Source: Methanobacteriota archaeon
GTDB taxonomy: Archaea > Halobacteriota > Bog-38 > Methanoflorentales > Methanoflorentaceae
Length of the DNA: 64,000 bases
Assembly (NCBI GenBank): GCA_963720465.1
Contig: OY970393.1
Coordinates: 1,696,001 to 1,760,000 of the forward strand
Direction of reading: 5' to 3'
Part shown: positions 32,870 through 42,502 of the stretch, piece after piece
Layout: every line of letters starts with the position of its first letter
Numbering within the stretch: position 1 is the first letter of the stretch
Notes under the pieces: generated by a model
The model's input: only the letters and a program-made list of their open reading frames with translations
Databases searched by the model: none
Told to the model about the DNA's origin: nothing
Made by a program: the position numbers and the translations under genes

Positions 32870-33058
32870 ATGCGAAATAACGCGACAGAAGGTGAACCGT
32901 GCCTATACTGTGGTAAACCTGCGGTACGTAAAGTGCATGTGCAAGCGTCACGCTCGGTTTGCGCGGCTTGTCATAAAGAGATAGAAGGCGATCGCGTATT
33001 TGAAAACACCCAGCGAGAATATGACGCTATGGTGCCTAGATGGCGATCAGAATGTTAG
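32870..33058 (+). CDS. Small CxxC..CxxC Zn-finger protein
   Basis: CLYCG...VCAACH; GAGGT RBS. Confidence 0.65.
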   Translation: MRNNATEGEPCLYCGKPAVRKVHVQASRSVCAACHKEIEGDRVFENTQREYDAMVPRWRSEC

Positions 33059-33100
33059 CTCTATAGTTGGCCTGTAAAAGCTGTCAGGGTGTTTTCCAGA

Positions 33101-33357
33101 CTACTCTCTTTCGGCGTCAGGTCTACCGACAAGAGTGCCCAAAACAAGGCGTTTCCCTGGGTTCAAATACACGTGACGTCTCTTTTTCTCTGGTTCTTTC
33201 GTCTTCACAGTTCTTAAACTCGAAAGGAGCGTATTGAGCGCTTGGGTATCATCTAAACTAGCCTCGGACTCCTCATAGACTTTTGTTTTGACCTCTGAAA
33301 GCGCACGCCTTAGCAAGTCTACGTCTTGCCGGTTAAAATTAGTCCGCTTTCAATCAT
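33101..33357 (-). pseudogene. Repeat family B, copy 2 (one frameshift near codon 10)
   Basis: MIESGLILT/RQDVDLLRRALSEVKTK...SLDD..ALN.L...KEP.K...KRLVLG; GAGGAGG RBS; leader homologous to the other B copies. Confidence 0.8.
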
Positions 33358-33648
33358 TTTTCCCCTCCTCTATCGGTATTTTTGCATGCATCACATTACA
33401 TCATGCATGATCGGTTTTTTCTGACGCCCATATTAGCGTCAAAATGGCCGTTATTCTAGGCGAGGAGCGTTACACAAGCTTCACTGGTTAGGCGTATACG
33501 TGCAGGAGCGATAAGAGGAGGAACATGGCTACCACCATAAGGGCGTGTCTTGCACCCAATAGCTACGTACAAATATATAATACATGTAAACTTAATCCTA
33601 CAAATTAGAGTTAGAAATAAAAGTGGGAAACATAGGAGAAAGTTAGCA

Positions 33649-33990
33649 ATGGATAATCCTGCAATGTTTGAAAATGTAAAGTTCTATGGTGCCGCCGTCG
33701 TCAGTGAGAAGGGCCAAGTGATTATTCCTGCTGAGGTACGCAAGAGATTTGGCATTAACGCCGGGGACCGGCTTCTCGTAACGGGGGCCGAGAAGATGGG
33801 CACGTGGGGTATTCTTTTCACAAAGTCTGAGGTCGTCTCAAAAGTGGTGTCACAAATGGTTCGAAGCATGTTTGGCGCGGAATTGGATGAAATCCTAGCT
33901 ACAGGCAAAAATGAGGAGAGCCTTTCCGAAGAGCCGGAAGCGTCAACGAAAGAAACCAAAACGCGCTTTCCAAAGACCGGCGACGGGTGA
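33649..33990 (+). CDS. AbrB/MazE/SpoVT-family DNA-binding protein
   Basis: VSEKGQVIIPAEVRKRFGINAGD. Confidence 0.9.
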   Translation: MDNPAMFENVKFYGAAVVSEKGQVIIPAEVRKRFGINAGDRLLVTGAEKMGTWGILFTKSEVVSKVVSQMVRSMFGAELDEILATGKNEESLSEEPEASTKETKTRFPKTGDG

Positions 33991-34944
33991 GTGAGTGACG
34001 TGAGTGACACGAAAGACCCCATCGTCATTGAGCACCTGTCTAAGAATTACGGGGATCAGGTCGCGCTCAACGACCTTAACTTAACAATTGCGTCTGGCGC
34101 GTGCGTGGGGTACCTCGGCCCTAACGGAGCGGGCAAAACGACCACAATCAAGATCCTGACCAACCTTCTGAGAGCGACGAGTGGCAGAGCGTATCTTCAC
34201 GGCAAAGACGTCATTCGAGATCCCAAAGGCGCCCTCGAAGGCGTCGGGGCCGTCGTGGAGACGCCCGAATTCTATCCGCAGCTGACGCCACGAGAGTGCC
34301 TTTCGTACGTCGGCGAAGTGCGGGGGATGCGCCGCGACAGTATCGCCGAACGATCGCACGCCGTTTTGGAGCAGGTGAAGCTCCTCGAAGTCATCGATAA
34401 GCGCACGGGCGAATTTTCGAAAGGAATGAAGCAGCGATTGGCGATAGCGCAAGCGCTTCTGCATGATCCGTCTATTTTAATCTTCGATGAGCCTACGTCG
34501 GGCCTGGACCCGCGCGGCATGGTCGAGGTGCGCGATATCATTAAGGAGCTCAAGAGAACCGACGTCACGATCTTGATGAGCTCACACCTGCTCAACGAGG
34601 TTCAAACGGTGTGCGACAAAGTGGCGATCATCGATCGCGGCGTCCTCCTTACCTATGATTCGGTTCAGAACCTTTCCGAAGGGCAAGAGGTGACCGTGAG
34701 CATAAATACGTTGGAACCTGTTACGCGGGCCGAGTTCGAAGCCATCAGATCGCTAAACGGCGTTTCGTCAGTGAAACGCGTCGAAGCGCTCACGTTGACC
34801 GTCAGCCTCAGCGGTGGTCCAAAAATCCAGTCCAAACTGCTGCGGGCGATTCTCAACACGGGAGTCAGCGTCGTTTCCTACAGCGCGCAACACGCCGCCA
34901 TTGAAGATCTCTATCTGCATCTCATACCGGAGGGGGAGTACTAG
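33991..34944 (+). CDS. ABC-2 exporter ATP-binding subunit
   Basis: GPNGAGKTT, FSKGMKQR, IFDEPTSGLDP. Confidence 0.95.
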   Translation: MSDVSDTKDPIVIEHLSKNYGDQVALNDLNLTIASGACVGYLGPNGAGKTTTIKILTNLLRATSGRAYLHGKDVIRDPKGALEGVGAVVETPEFYPQLTPRECLSYVGEVRGMRRDSIAERSHAVLEQVKLLEVIDKRTGEFSKGMKQRLAIAQALLHDPSILIFDEPTSGLDPRGMVEVRDIIKELKRTDVTILMSSHLLNEVQTVCDKVAIIDRGVLLTYDSVQNLSEGQEVTVSINTLEPVTRAEFEAIRSLNGVSSVKRVEALTLTVSLSGGPKIQSKLLRAILNTGVSVVSYSAQHAAIEDLYLHLIPEGEY

Positions 34945-34946
34945 CC

Positions 34947-35783
34947 GTGGCATCAAGTGATGTGCGCCAGATCGGTACCGTGACAAAGTACCAGCTCGTC
35001 AAGTACCTTCGGGGGAGGCGGCTACTGGCGATCATTCTGCTGACGGTGATTATCAGCGCCCTCTTTCTCGTTGTCCCTCCCGCCGTTGGTTCTCCGTACT
35101 ATAAAGACCCGACAGATTTCATCACGAACGCGCTTCAGTTCCTAGGCGTGCTGTCTATATTAAGCGCAACGTTCTTCGGTGCGGATGCCATCGTATCAGA
35201 ATTTGAATCGAAAACGGGCTACTTTCTCTTTCCTCATCCCATGCGTAAGACAACGATCTTTCTCGGAAAGTTCATTGCGAGCGCGCTCGTATCAGTCGGC
35301 ACCATCTCGCTCTACTACATCATCGAAGTAGTATCGGTGCGGGTGATCGACGGGAGTATTCCGGCGAATACAGGCTTGTCGTTCGCCTACTCGCTCGTGT
35401 ACCTGTTCGCCATCCTCGCCGTTGCCTACCTCTTCAGCTCCATAATGCGCAGTTCGGTGTACTCGCTGATGCTGACGTTCTTCACGTTCTTCCTCATACT
35501 GCCGATTGTCGATGCCGTCGGCTCAATCGCGAAGTTCAAGCCGTGGTTCTCGATAACCTTCGCGAACGGTATCTCACAGTACATACTCCAAAACCCCTAC
35601 CCAACCGACAAGGTATTCAACGCGACCGCCCCCCTCGGACCGAGTGCTGGAGTGGGGGGGCCGCAGGCAGTTTCACTCGTGCAATACTATCCTGACGTTC
35701 GATTGAGCCTTGCAGTAATGGCGGCGTACTTTGTCGTAGCGTTCGTGTTGGCCATCGTGCTTGCGCGGCGGAGGGAGATGTAA
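34947..35783 (+). CDS. ABC-2 exporter permease
   Basis: 6 TM, DAIVSEFESKTG..P..K..IFLGKF. Confidence 0.9.
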   Translation: MASSDVRQIGTVTKYQLVKYLRGRRLLAIILLTVIISALFLVVPPAVGSPYYKDPTDFITNALQFLGVLSILSATFFGADAIVSEFESKTGYFLFPHPMRKTTIFLGKFIASALVSVGTISLYYIIEVVSVRVIDGSIPANTGLSFAYSLVYLFAILAVAYLFSSIMRSSVYSLMLTFFTFFLILPIVDAVGSIAKFKPWFSITFANGISQYILQNPYPTDKVFNATAPLGPSAGVGGPQAVSLVQYYPDVRLSLAVMAAYFVVAFVLAIVLARRREM

Positions 35784-35908
35784 GTGTCGAGACAAAACGT
35801 TGTTCAGGATTTTGAGAAGACGCGGAGGAAGATTTTGGAAGCAGACTATGTTAGGGTCGCAAATCCTTTTTTGTGGACGTAATCATTAGCAAATGAGGGG
35901 GCATATGC

Positions 35909-36307
35909 GTGAAATGGGTTGATGTTGCAGATACGCAAGATATTGAAGAAGGCAAAATGAGCCTTGTTGAGGTTGAAACAAGGAAGGTGGTCATCGCCAA
36001 TGTTGAGGGCACGTTCTACGCATTCAATGATCGGTGCCCGCATTCGAATGCGCCACTTCATTTGGGCACGCTTCAGGGCAAGGTAATCACGTGTGGCCTT
36101 CACTTTTCGTCGTTTGACGTAACAACTGGAAAGAAACTTTCAGATCCTAAAGAGTTGAGCGTACCGCCTGAAATAATCCAGAGTATGCCTGCTAACTTTC
36201 TTCAAATGGAGGCAAAGCTGGCTGAAATCAGGCGGCAGATCGAGACACTCGACCTTGAAACGTACGAAACCAAAACTGAGAACAACAGACTATTTGTGAG
36301 GATCTGA
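35909..36307 (+). CDS. Rieske-type [2Fe-2S] ferredoxin
   Basis: CPH...CGLH ligands, FDVTTG. Confidence 0.9.
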   Translation: MKWVDVADTQDIEEGKMSLVEVETRKVVIANVEGTFYAFNDRCPHSNAPLHLGTLQGKVITCGLHFSSFDVTTGKKLSDPKELSVPPEIIQSMPANFLQMEAKLAEIRRQIETLDLETYETKTENNRLFVRI

Positions 36308-36359
36308 AGCGCGGCGTGGACGATATTTTTCAAACTGCAACTAAAGGACGTGACAATCA

Positions 36360-37343
36360 ATGAAGGCAATCGAAACGAAAGACCTTGTGAAGAAATTCGA
36401 AGACGTTGAGGCAGTCAAAGGAATCAATCTCGACATCGAAGAGGGCGAGCTGTTCGGGCTGCTCGGGCCCAACGGCGCCGGCAAGACGACCACCATCTCC
36501 ATGCTCTGCACCATCGTCAAGCCCACGAGCGGCTCAGCGACCGTCTTCGGGCACGACGTGAAAAAAGAATCCGGCACCGTGCGCGGAATGATAGGCATCG
36601 TGTTTCAGGACCCCAGTCTCGACGATAACCTCACCGGGAAGGAAAACCTCGACTTCCACGGCCGGCTCTACAAGGTGCCCAGAAATGAAATTTCCGGGAG
36701 AATCCGCGACGTTCTCGAGCTCGTTGAACTCGCCGATAAGGCGAACGTGATCGTTAAGAAGTATTCTGGTGGTATGAAGCGGCGGTTGGAGATCGCGCGC
36801 GGCCTCCACCACCCCCCCAAGGTGCTCTTTCTCGATGAGCCCACGCTCGGGCTTGACCCGCAGACCCGGCTTCATATCTGGGAGTACATAGAGAAGCTCA
36901 ATAGAGAAAAGAAGATCACGATGATCCTAACCACGCACTACATGGACGAAGCCGATAAGTTGTGCGACCGCATCGCCATTATCGACCACGGGAAGATCGT
37001 TGCGATGGACACTCCCGAGAACCTTAAACACGACGTTGGCGGCGACGTCGTGACCATGACGGTGCCACACGGGAGTGAGCAGCTCAAGACTAAACTCGAA
37101 CAGCTCGAATTCGTGAAGTCGAGCCAACTCGTTGACGGCACATTGAGGCTCAGCGTCGACAAAGGCGACACCGCGATACCGATTTTCATGGACGTAGCGC
37201 GTCAAGAGGGGATCGCCGTGCCCTCGATTGCGCTTCACGAGCCCACGCTGGAGGACATCTTCATCAAGTACACGGGACGGGAGATTCGGGCTCAGGAGGC
37301 CGCGAGCGGGTTCGCTGCGTTCCACGGCCCGGGGAGACGCTAG
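36360..37343 (+). CDS. DrrA-like ABC exporter ATPase
   Basis: Walker A, YSGGMKRR, LDEPTLGLDP, TTHYMDEAD. Confidence 0.95.
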   Translation: MKAIETKDLVKKFEDVEAVKGINLDIEEGELFGLLGPNGAGKTTTISMLCTIVKPTSGSATVFGHDVKKESGTVRGMIGIVFQDPSLDDNLTGKENLDFHGRLYKVPRNEISGRIRDVLELVELADKANVIVKKYSGGMKRRLEIARGLHHPPKVLFLDEPTLGLDPQTRLHIWEYIEKLNREKKITMILTTHYMDEADKLCDRIAIIDHGKIVAMDTPENLKHDVGGDVVTMTVPHGSEQLKTKLEQLEFVKSSQLVDGTLRLSVDKGDTAIPIFMDVARQEGIAVPSIALHEPTLEDIFIKYTGREIRAQEAASGFAAFHGPGRR

Positions 37344-37345
37344 CG

Positions 37346-38122
37346 ATGCCGAACGGACGAATGGCCTTTTTGGGTGACATCTATTCCATCTGGCTCCGGG
37401 AGATGACCCGGTACGTAAGAGCCCGGTCGCGGGTCGTTACCTCGCTTATTACTCCCCTGCTGTGGCTCATCATCTTCGGGACCGGCTTCAGCTCCGTTTT
37501 GTCAAGCGGCGCAACGAATTACATAAACTTCCTCGCACCCGGGATCCTCGGCATGGTCGTGCTCTTCACCGGGATGTTCTCCGGGATGAGCGTGATGTTC
37601 GACAAAGAATTCGGTTTTCTGAAAGAAATTCTCGTCGCCCCGGTTTCGCGAACGTCTATCGTCATCGGAAAAGCCCTCGGGGGAACGACGCAGGGAGCAA
37701 TACAGGGAGTCCTGATCTTCGGATTGTCCTATTTCATCGGCGTAAGGATATCAGGCACGCTGGGCCTTGCAGGCGCCGTGGTGCTCATACTTGTGACCAT
37801 GTTCTTTATCGGCATGGGTTTTGTGGGGCTCGGGATTAGCATCGCGTCCCGGATCGAGAATATCGAGGGCTTTCAAGTGGTCATGAACCTGCTCGTGCTC
37901 CCCATCTTCTTCCTGAGCGGCGCGTTCTTCCCGGTCACGTCGCTTCCTGCTTGGATGAAGGCGCTTGTGAATATCAACCCGCTTGCATACGGCGTCGACG
38001 CGCTGCGGTATGCTGTCACCGGACTGCACTCGTACGCCCTGACGACTGATCTCGCGGTCGTCTTCGGATTCTTTGTACTGATGATGATTGTAGGTTCGAT
38101 CCTATTTCGGAACGTGCACTAA
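37346..38122 (+). CDS. DrrB-like ABC-2 permease
   Basis: DKEFGFLKEILVAPVSR, LSGAFFP, NPLAYGVD. Confidence 0.93.
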   Translation: MPNGRMAFLGDIYSIWLREMTRYVRARSRVVTSLITPLLWLIIFGTGFSSVLSSGATNYINFLAPGILGMVVLFTGMFSGMSVMFDKEFGFLKEILVAPVSRTSIVIGKALGGTTQGAIQGVLIFGLSYFIGVRISGTLGLAGAVVLILVTMFFIGMGFVGLGISIASRIENIEGFQVVMNLLVLPIFFLSGAFFPVTSLPAWMKALVNINPLAYGVDALRYAVTGLHSYALTTDLAVVFGFFVLMMIVGSILFRNVH

Positions 38123-38339
38123 TGTAATGCAATCAGGTTATCCACGAATGCAAGAACAAAGGGTCTTGTGTCGCTAGCACAGCGCAGAGTCATAGCTGAA
38201 CTGTGAGAGGTACGAAATGGACGCTTCTCGAGATACTGGGAAATGACGCTGCACGTAGGGCCGTCCGCTGGTCTCCGTTCTTTTTGCTCTCCATGTTCTA
38301 CAGCTGGACTTTAAGGACCAACAGGAAGGGCGAAAGCGT

Positions 38340-38897
38340 ATGATTGAACCACGGGACACGATTAAGATTGTAAATGTGGTTGGTTCCACCAACATTGGAC
38401 AAAAAATAAACCTCAAGCAAGTAACGCTCGATTTAGAAGGCGCAGAGTATAATCCTAAAGAATTTCCCGGCCTGGTTTACCGTACCAAGAACCCGAAGGC
38501 GGCTGCATTACTCTTTGCATCGGGAAAAATGGTCTGTACTGGCGCAAAGAGCATAGATGATGTTCACAAAGCTGTTGAAAGTGTATTTCACAGTCTAAGA
38601 AATATCGGAATCGACGCGATGGGAACGCCGGAGATCATGGTGCAAAACATCGTCGCGACAGCAAATCTTCACTCAAGTCTAAATCTAAATGCAATTGCCC
38701 TCGGTCTCGGGCTCGAGAACATTGAGTACGAGCCCGAACAGTTTCCCGGCCTTGTGTACCGTTTGTCAGATCCTAAAGTGGTGCTTCTCTTGTTTAGTTC
38801 TGGCAAGCTTGTCATCACGGGCGGGAAAAAGCCCGAAGATCCGATCAATGCGGTCGATCGGCTCGTTGAAGAGCTTAAAAGCCTGAGCCTTCTATAA
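38340..38897 (+). CDS. tbp: Archaeal TATA-box-binding protein
   Basis: Two direct repeats NVV/NIV...Y.P..FPGLVYR...LLF.SGK.V.TG. Confidence 0.97.
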   Translation: MIEPRDTIKIVNVVGSTNIGQKINLKQVTLDLEGAEYNPKEFPGLVYRTKNPKAAALLFASGKMVCTGAKSIDDVHKAVESVFHSLRNIGIDAMGTPEIMVQNIVATANLHSSLNLNAIALGLGLENIEYEPEQFPGLVYRLSDPKVVLLLFSSGKLVITGGKKPEDPINAVDRLVEELKSLSLL

Positions 38898-38903
38898 GTC
38901 TCG

Positions 38904-39015
38904 GTCGCTGCTCGCCGTTATTCACAATCCTGATATCGTCGTGTTGGACGAACCCCCAGTAGATTTAGAGCCGCGGTCCAACCGGTTGCGGTGGGATTTG
39001 CTCGTTCACGCAAAA
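38904..39015 (+). pseudogene. Internal fragment of an ABC ATPase (Walker B region)
   Basis: ctcgccgttattcacaatcctgatatcgtcgtgttggacgaaccc is nearly identical to 62814-62858. Confidence 0.8.
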
Positions 39016-39311
39016 GCTGGTATGGCCTCCACATCTGCTGCAGGAACACTGACAATCCGAACTGCACAAAGTGCGCAATGCGCCTCGTCCACGCAGTGAA
39101 CAGCACGCTTGGCCCCCAGGCGCCGGCATGGGTGCAATCCGTTGATGCGGCAAGAGCGGATACGCGTGATGGTGCAGACCTGCAGACTCACCAACTACTT
39201 ACGCCGACGGTGGCCTCGAAGCCGCTCTCGGAGCAGCGGTGAAACGGCACGGAACTCCGCGAGATACAAGCGTGAAAGCTAGAGCTGTAGGAGCTTTCGG
39301 CACAACCGCGC

Positions 39312-39569
39312 TCACGACCCCTCATGCGCATAGCCATATTCCCGGCTTTGATGTATCTGCACCTGAATCCTCTTGATAATCCGTCGCAACTGCTAACGTG
39401 CGCTGTTGAGTAGCCATGCATCGTGCATGCGATATCGTAGGTACTGATAGGCTTGCCAATTGGTCGAGCACTTCCTGAAAAGTTTTTCCGCAGCCATATC
39501 GGCATAGTCGTTTTTGTAGTCCGCGATTTGAAGGATGCGCTCATCGACTTCTGCCCGATCGTCGTTCAT
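39312..39569 (-). pseudogene. Repeat family A, copy 3 (full length, one in-frame TAG at codon 59)
   Basis: MNDDRAEVDERILQIADYKNDYADMAAEKLFRKC...LNSAR*QLRRIIKRIQVQIHQSREYGYAHEGS*. Confidence 0.85.
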
Positions 39570-39712
39570 GGGGCAAGATGGCAGGTCACTCTGGGTGGGG
39601 TGCTAAACTCTTCATTGCCACTTAACTGGCTGGGAACGTGAGTACGATGCTGCTCAGAAGATTGCGGCAGAGGCATATCCGGCTCCGTCAGGCTCTGCGC
39701 GCGGTCAGATAG

Positions 39713-40057
39713 TTATGAAGCGCCTTCTATTACCTTGTCGAAAAAAAAGGTGATTTTTTCAAACCTTTCTTTGTTGCGTTTCGCAAAATCGAAAAGGGCC
39801 GCCTTCCCAGCAGGTGTAATTTCAATGAGGATTTTCCTTCTGCGGCCTCCTGGCTCTGTACCGGCGGCCTTGGACTTTTTTGCTTTTACGAATCCACTTT
39901 GCTCTAGGCTCCCCAGCACGGGGTAGATGTTTCCTGGTGTCGGGGAAAAGTAACCCTCGGTTATCTCGGTGATGATCTTGGCGATCCTATATCCGCTGAG
40001 TTCTCCCTGTTGGCGCAGAACGTATAGCACAAAGAACGCATACAGCTTTTCCGCCAT
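39713..40057 (-). CDS. PadR-family transcriptional regulator
   Basis: SGYRIAK.I...PTPGNIYPVL..LE..G...ITPAGK. Confidence 0.92.
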   Translation of the reverse strand: MAEKLYAFFVLYVLRQQGELSGYRIAKIITEITEGYFSPTPGNIYPVLGSLEQSGFVKAKKSKAAGTEPGGRRRKILIEITPAGKAALFDFAKRNKERFEKITFFFDKVIEGAS

Positions 40058-40087
40058 GAGGAGCACTATACAGAAAGATATTTAAAT

Positions 40088-40123
40088 ATATATCTCTGAC
40101 ATATATATCGGTGACCGATTTAT
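40088..40123. promoter_or_regulatory. Candidate PadR operator(s) next to a TATA-like box
   Basis: Palindrome ATCGGT-G-ACCGAT at 40107-40119, adjacent degenerate copy atatatctctgacatatatat, and TTTAAATA at 40081. Confidence 0.55.
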
Positions 40124-40221
40124 GGATAAGAGAATAATTAACTGGCTACGCTGTCGATAATCCGATTGCCGAACTTACGCAACAATAATTCTCAAACGGC
40201 AACTGAGGGACGTAACAGTCA

Positions 40222-40308
40222 ATGAAGGCAATCGTCAACGAACAGAAGATTCGGGCGCCGAGGGCCTCGAGCGGGTTCGCTGCGTTCCGTGGTCCGGGGA
40301 GACGTTAG
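40222..40308 (+). pseudogene. ABC ATPase reduced by internal deletion to a 28-aa in-frame ORF
   Basis: MKAI plus KIRAPRASSGFAAFRGPGRR* match the first 4 and last roughly 19 residues of 36360-37343; the leader also matches 36330-36359. Confidence 0.85.
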
Positions 40309-40310
40309 CG

Positions 40311-41117
40311 ATGCCAAACGCAATAACGAGCTTCCTAACTGACGTCTATTCGATTTGGCTCAGAGAGATGACCCGGTACGTCAGAGCCCGGTCGCGAGTC
40401 GTTATCTCGTTCGTTCAACCGATGGCGTGGCTCATCATATTCGGAGTAGGATTCAGCGCATCACTCGGCTCATCACTGCAATTCGCCGGGTCGACAGGCA
40501 CGACGAATTACCTCGACTTCCTGGTCCCGGGGCTCCTCGGCTTTATGGCAATTCTTAACAGTCTTACCTCGTCCTCAGGGATGAGCTTCATGTTCGACAA
40601 GCAGTTCGGCTTTCTCAAAGAGATCCTCGTTGCTCCGGTCGCACGATCCTCGATACTCCTCGGCAAGGCGCTTGGAGGAACGACTACGGCAATGATCCAG
40701 GGAATTGTCGTCGTTGTCGTTGCAGCATTTCTCGGAGTAAGACTATCAGGCCCTCTGGGACTTCCCGCTGCGTTCGCCCTCGTCGTGGTGACTATGTTCT
40801 TCATCACCATGGGTTTTAGCGAGCTGGGGATGAGCTTCGCGTCCCAGGTCGAGAGCATCGAGGGTTTTCAGGTGGTGGTGGTCTTCTTGGCCTTGCCGCT
40901 CTCTTTCCTGAGCGGCGCGCTTTTCCCCGTCACTTCGCTGCCCGGCTGGATGAAAGCGCTGGTAGATATCAATCCGCTCACGTATGCCGTTGACGCATTG
41001 CGGTACGCCTTTACAGGACTGCACGCGTACCCTCTCACGCTCGACTTCGGCGTCGTTGTTGGATTCTTCATTCTGATGACCATCATCAGCACCCTCCTGT
41101 TTAGGGACGTGCATTGA
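40311..41117 (+). CDS. ABC-2 permease, paralog of 37346-38122
   Basis: YSIWLREMTRYVRARSRVV shared; similar over the full length. Confidence 0.92.
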   Translation: MPNAITSFLTDVYSIWLREMTRYVRARSRVVISFVQPMAWLIIFGVGFSASLGSSLQFAGSTGTTNYLDFLVPGLLGFMAILNSLTSSSGMSFMFDKQFGFLKEILVAPVARSSILLGKALGGTTTAMIQGIVVVVVAAFLGVRLSGPLGLPAAFALVVVTMFFITMGFSELGMSFASQVESIEGFQVVVVFLALPLSFLSGALFPVTSLPGWMKALVDINPLTYAVDALRYAFTGLHAYPLTLDFGVVVGFFILMTIISTLLFRDVH

Positions 41118-41289
41118 TATTAGTACGCACTCGCGGGGGGGAATGTTGCAGAGCTCGTGCGAATATTACGCTTGCAACTGTTCATTGAGTGCTAGACCTG
41201 CTGTCTAAACGTCGTGGGTGCAAATACCGATATATGGGAACAACCACAGATTCGTAAAAAAAACGACCGGAAATAGGAGATCGTTAGTG

Positions 41290-41925
41290 ATGTGGATCGC
41301 AGATAACGTGTATGAAGTCAAATCGAGGGCAGTCAGTATGTTCGTGTACACGGCAGCTGATTCGCCAATCTGCTTCGACACCGGCATTAGTGCGGAGCCC
41401 GCCAAACGAGAGTTTGATGCGCTTGGTTTCAAGCCTGAGCACGTGAAGTATGTGTTTCTCACGCATACCGACAGCGACCACGTGGGCGGCCTGAATCTTT
41501 TCAAAAATGCCAACGTGTACTTGTCGATCGATGAAGAGCAGATGATTAATAGATCAACGCCGCGGGGCTTAGGGTTCGTGCATAATCCACCGCTTAAAAA
41601 ACCCTACACACTGCTCAAAGATGGAGATATTGTGCAGGCGGGAGAGACGAGAATAGAGGCGCTAGCAACGCCAGGCCACACTCCAGGCTCGATGTCGTAC
41701 TTGGTGAATGATTCGATTCTGTTCGTTGGCGATACGCTGGCCCTAAAAGGAGGCAAGGTTCGTCCATTCTCAAGGCTACACCTGAGAGACATGATGAACA
41801 TGGACATCGCCACACAAACCGAATCAGTAAAAAAGTTGGCACAACTCAAGAACATATCTCTGATGGTCACTGCGCACACTGGTTTCACAGCGGATTTTCA
41901 ATCCGCGATGAGCAACTGGGTATAG
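41290..41925 (+). CDS. Metallo-beta-lactamase-fold hydrolase
   Basis: THTDSDHVGG, TPGHTPGS, FVGD. Confidence 0.9.
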   Translation: MWIADNVYEVKSRAVSMFVYTAADSPICFDTGISAEPAKREFDALGFKPEHVKYVFLTHTDSDHVGGLNLFKNANVYLSIDEEQMINRSTPRGLGFVHNPPLKKPYTLLKDGDIVQAGETRIEALATPGHTPGSMSYLVNDSILFVGDTLALKGGKVRPFSRLHLRDMMNMDIATQTESVKKLAQLKNISLMVTAHTGFTADFQSAMSNWV

Positions 41926-42202
41926 AGTCCTATTTCTAAGCTGTGAAGCTGAACAGGGTGCCTGCGCAGCACGCTGACACGCAACGCGGGCTGGTCGAGG
42001 AATTGAAGCACACCGTCGCATCGACAGGCATGTCGTCACGATCGACGACGTCCTGTTCGAGATTCTATGGGGGCGATGCTAATGTTCTCCTTGTTTTGCT
42101 CGTTTTTTGTCACTAACCGGCGTGAAAGTGTACCACACTTTCTCGGCTAAGCCCACATTTAAGTGTGCAGAATGTATTATACAGGGCGAAGGGGACACCG
42201 TT

Positions 42203-42367
42203 ATGCAGCGCGAACGAATTTGCCGCAACTGGGCGGTCGGCATGAGCAAAGAGATCTATGATTGGATGTTCGACCGAGCGGAAAAATTAGCGGCTGCGCG
42301 GCAAGAAAAAGTGAGCATCGACCAAGCAAGTCAGCTTCGCCGTCAGTCAAAACTAACGCCTTGGTGA
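42203..42367 (+). pseudogene. Small RHH-like protein, 3' end replaced by the inverted family B fragment
   Basis: WAVGMSKEIYDWMFDRAEKLA..VSIDQ strand-helix-helix pattern; fold is inference. Confidence 0.35.
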
Positions 42368-42371
42368 GCAT
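42318..42371 (-). pseudogene. Repeat family B, copy 3 (first 18 codons)
   Basis: MLTKALVLTDGEADLLGR; leader 42372-42441 is nearly identical to 5954-6023. Confidence 0.85.
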
Positions 42372-42502
42372 TTTTTCCCTCCTACTCGGTGCTACTCACA
42401 TGGACTGCATGACATATTTTATGTGTGGTTTTTTCTAATGGCGATATTGGCGCCAAATGGCTGTCATTCCTAGCGGCGAGTGTCAGCCGAGTTCTAATAC
42501 GC

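Noticed and set aside
39393-39395. Pyrrolysine codon in gene A
   Set aside because: The paralog has TAA at the same position and no pyl genes are in the window; kept only as an open alternative
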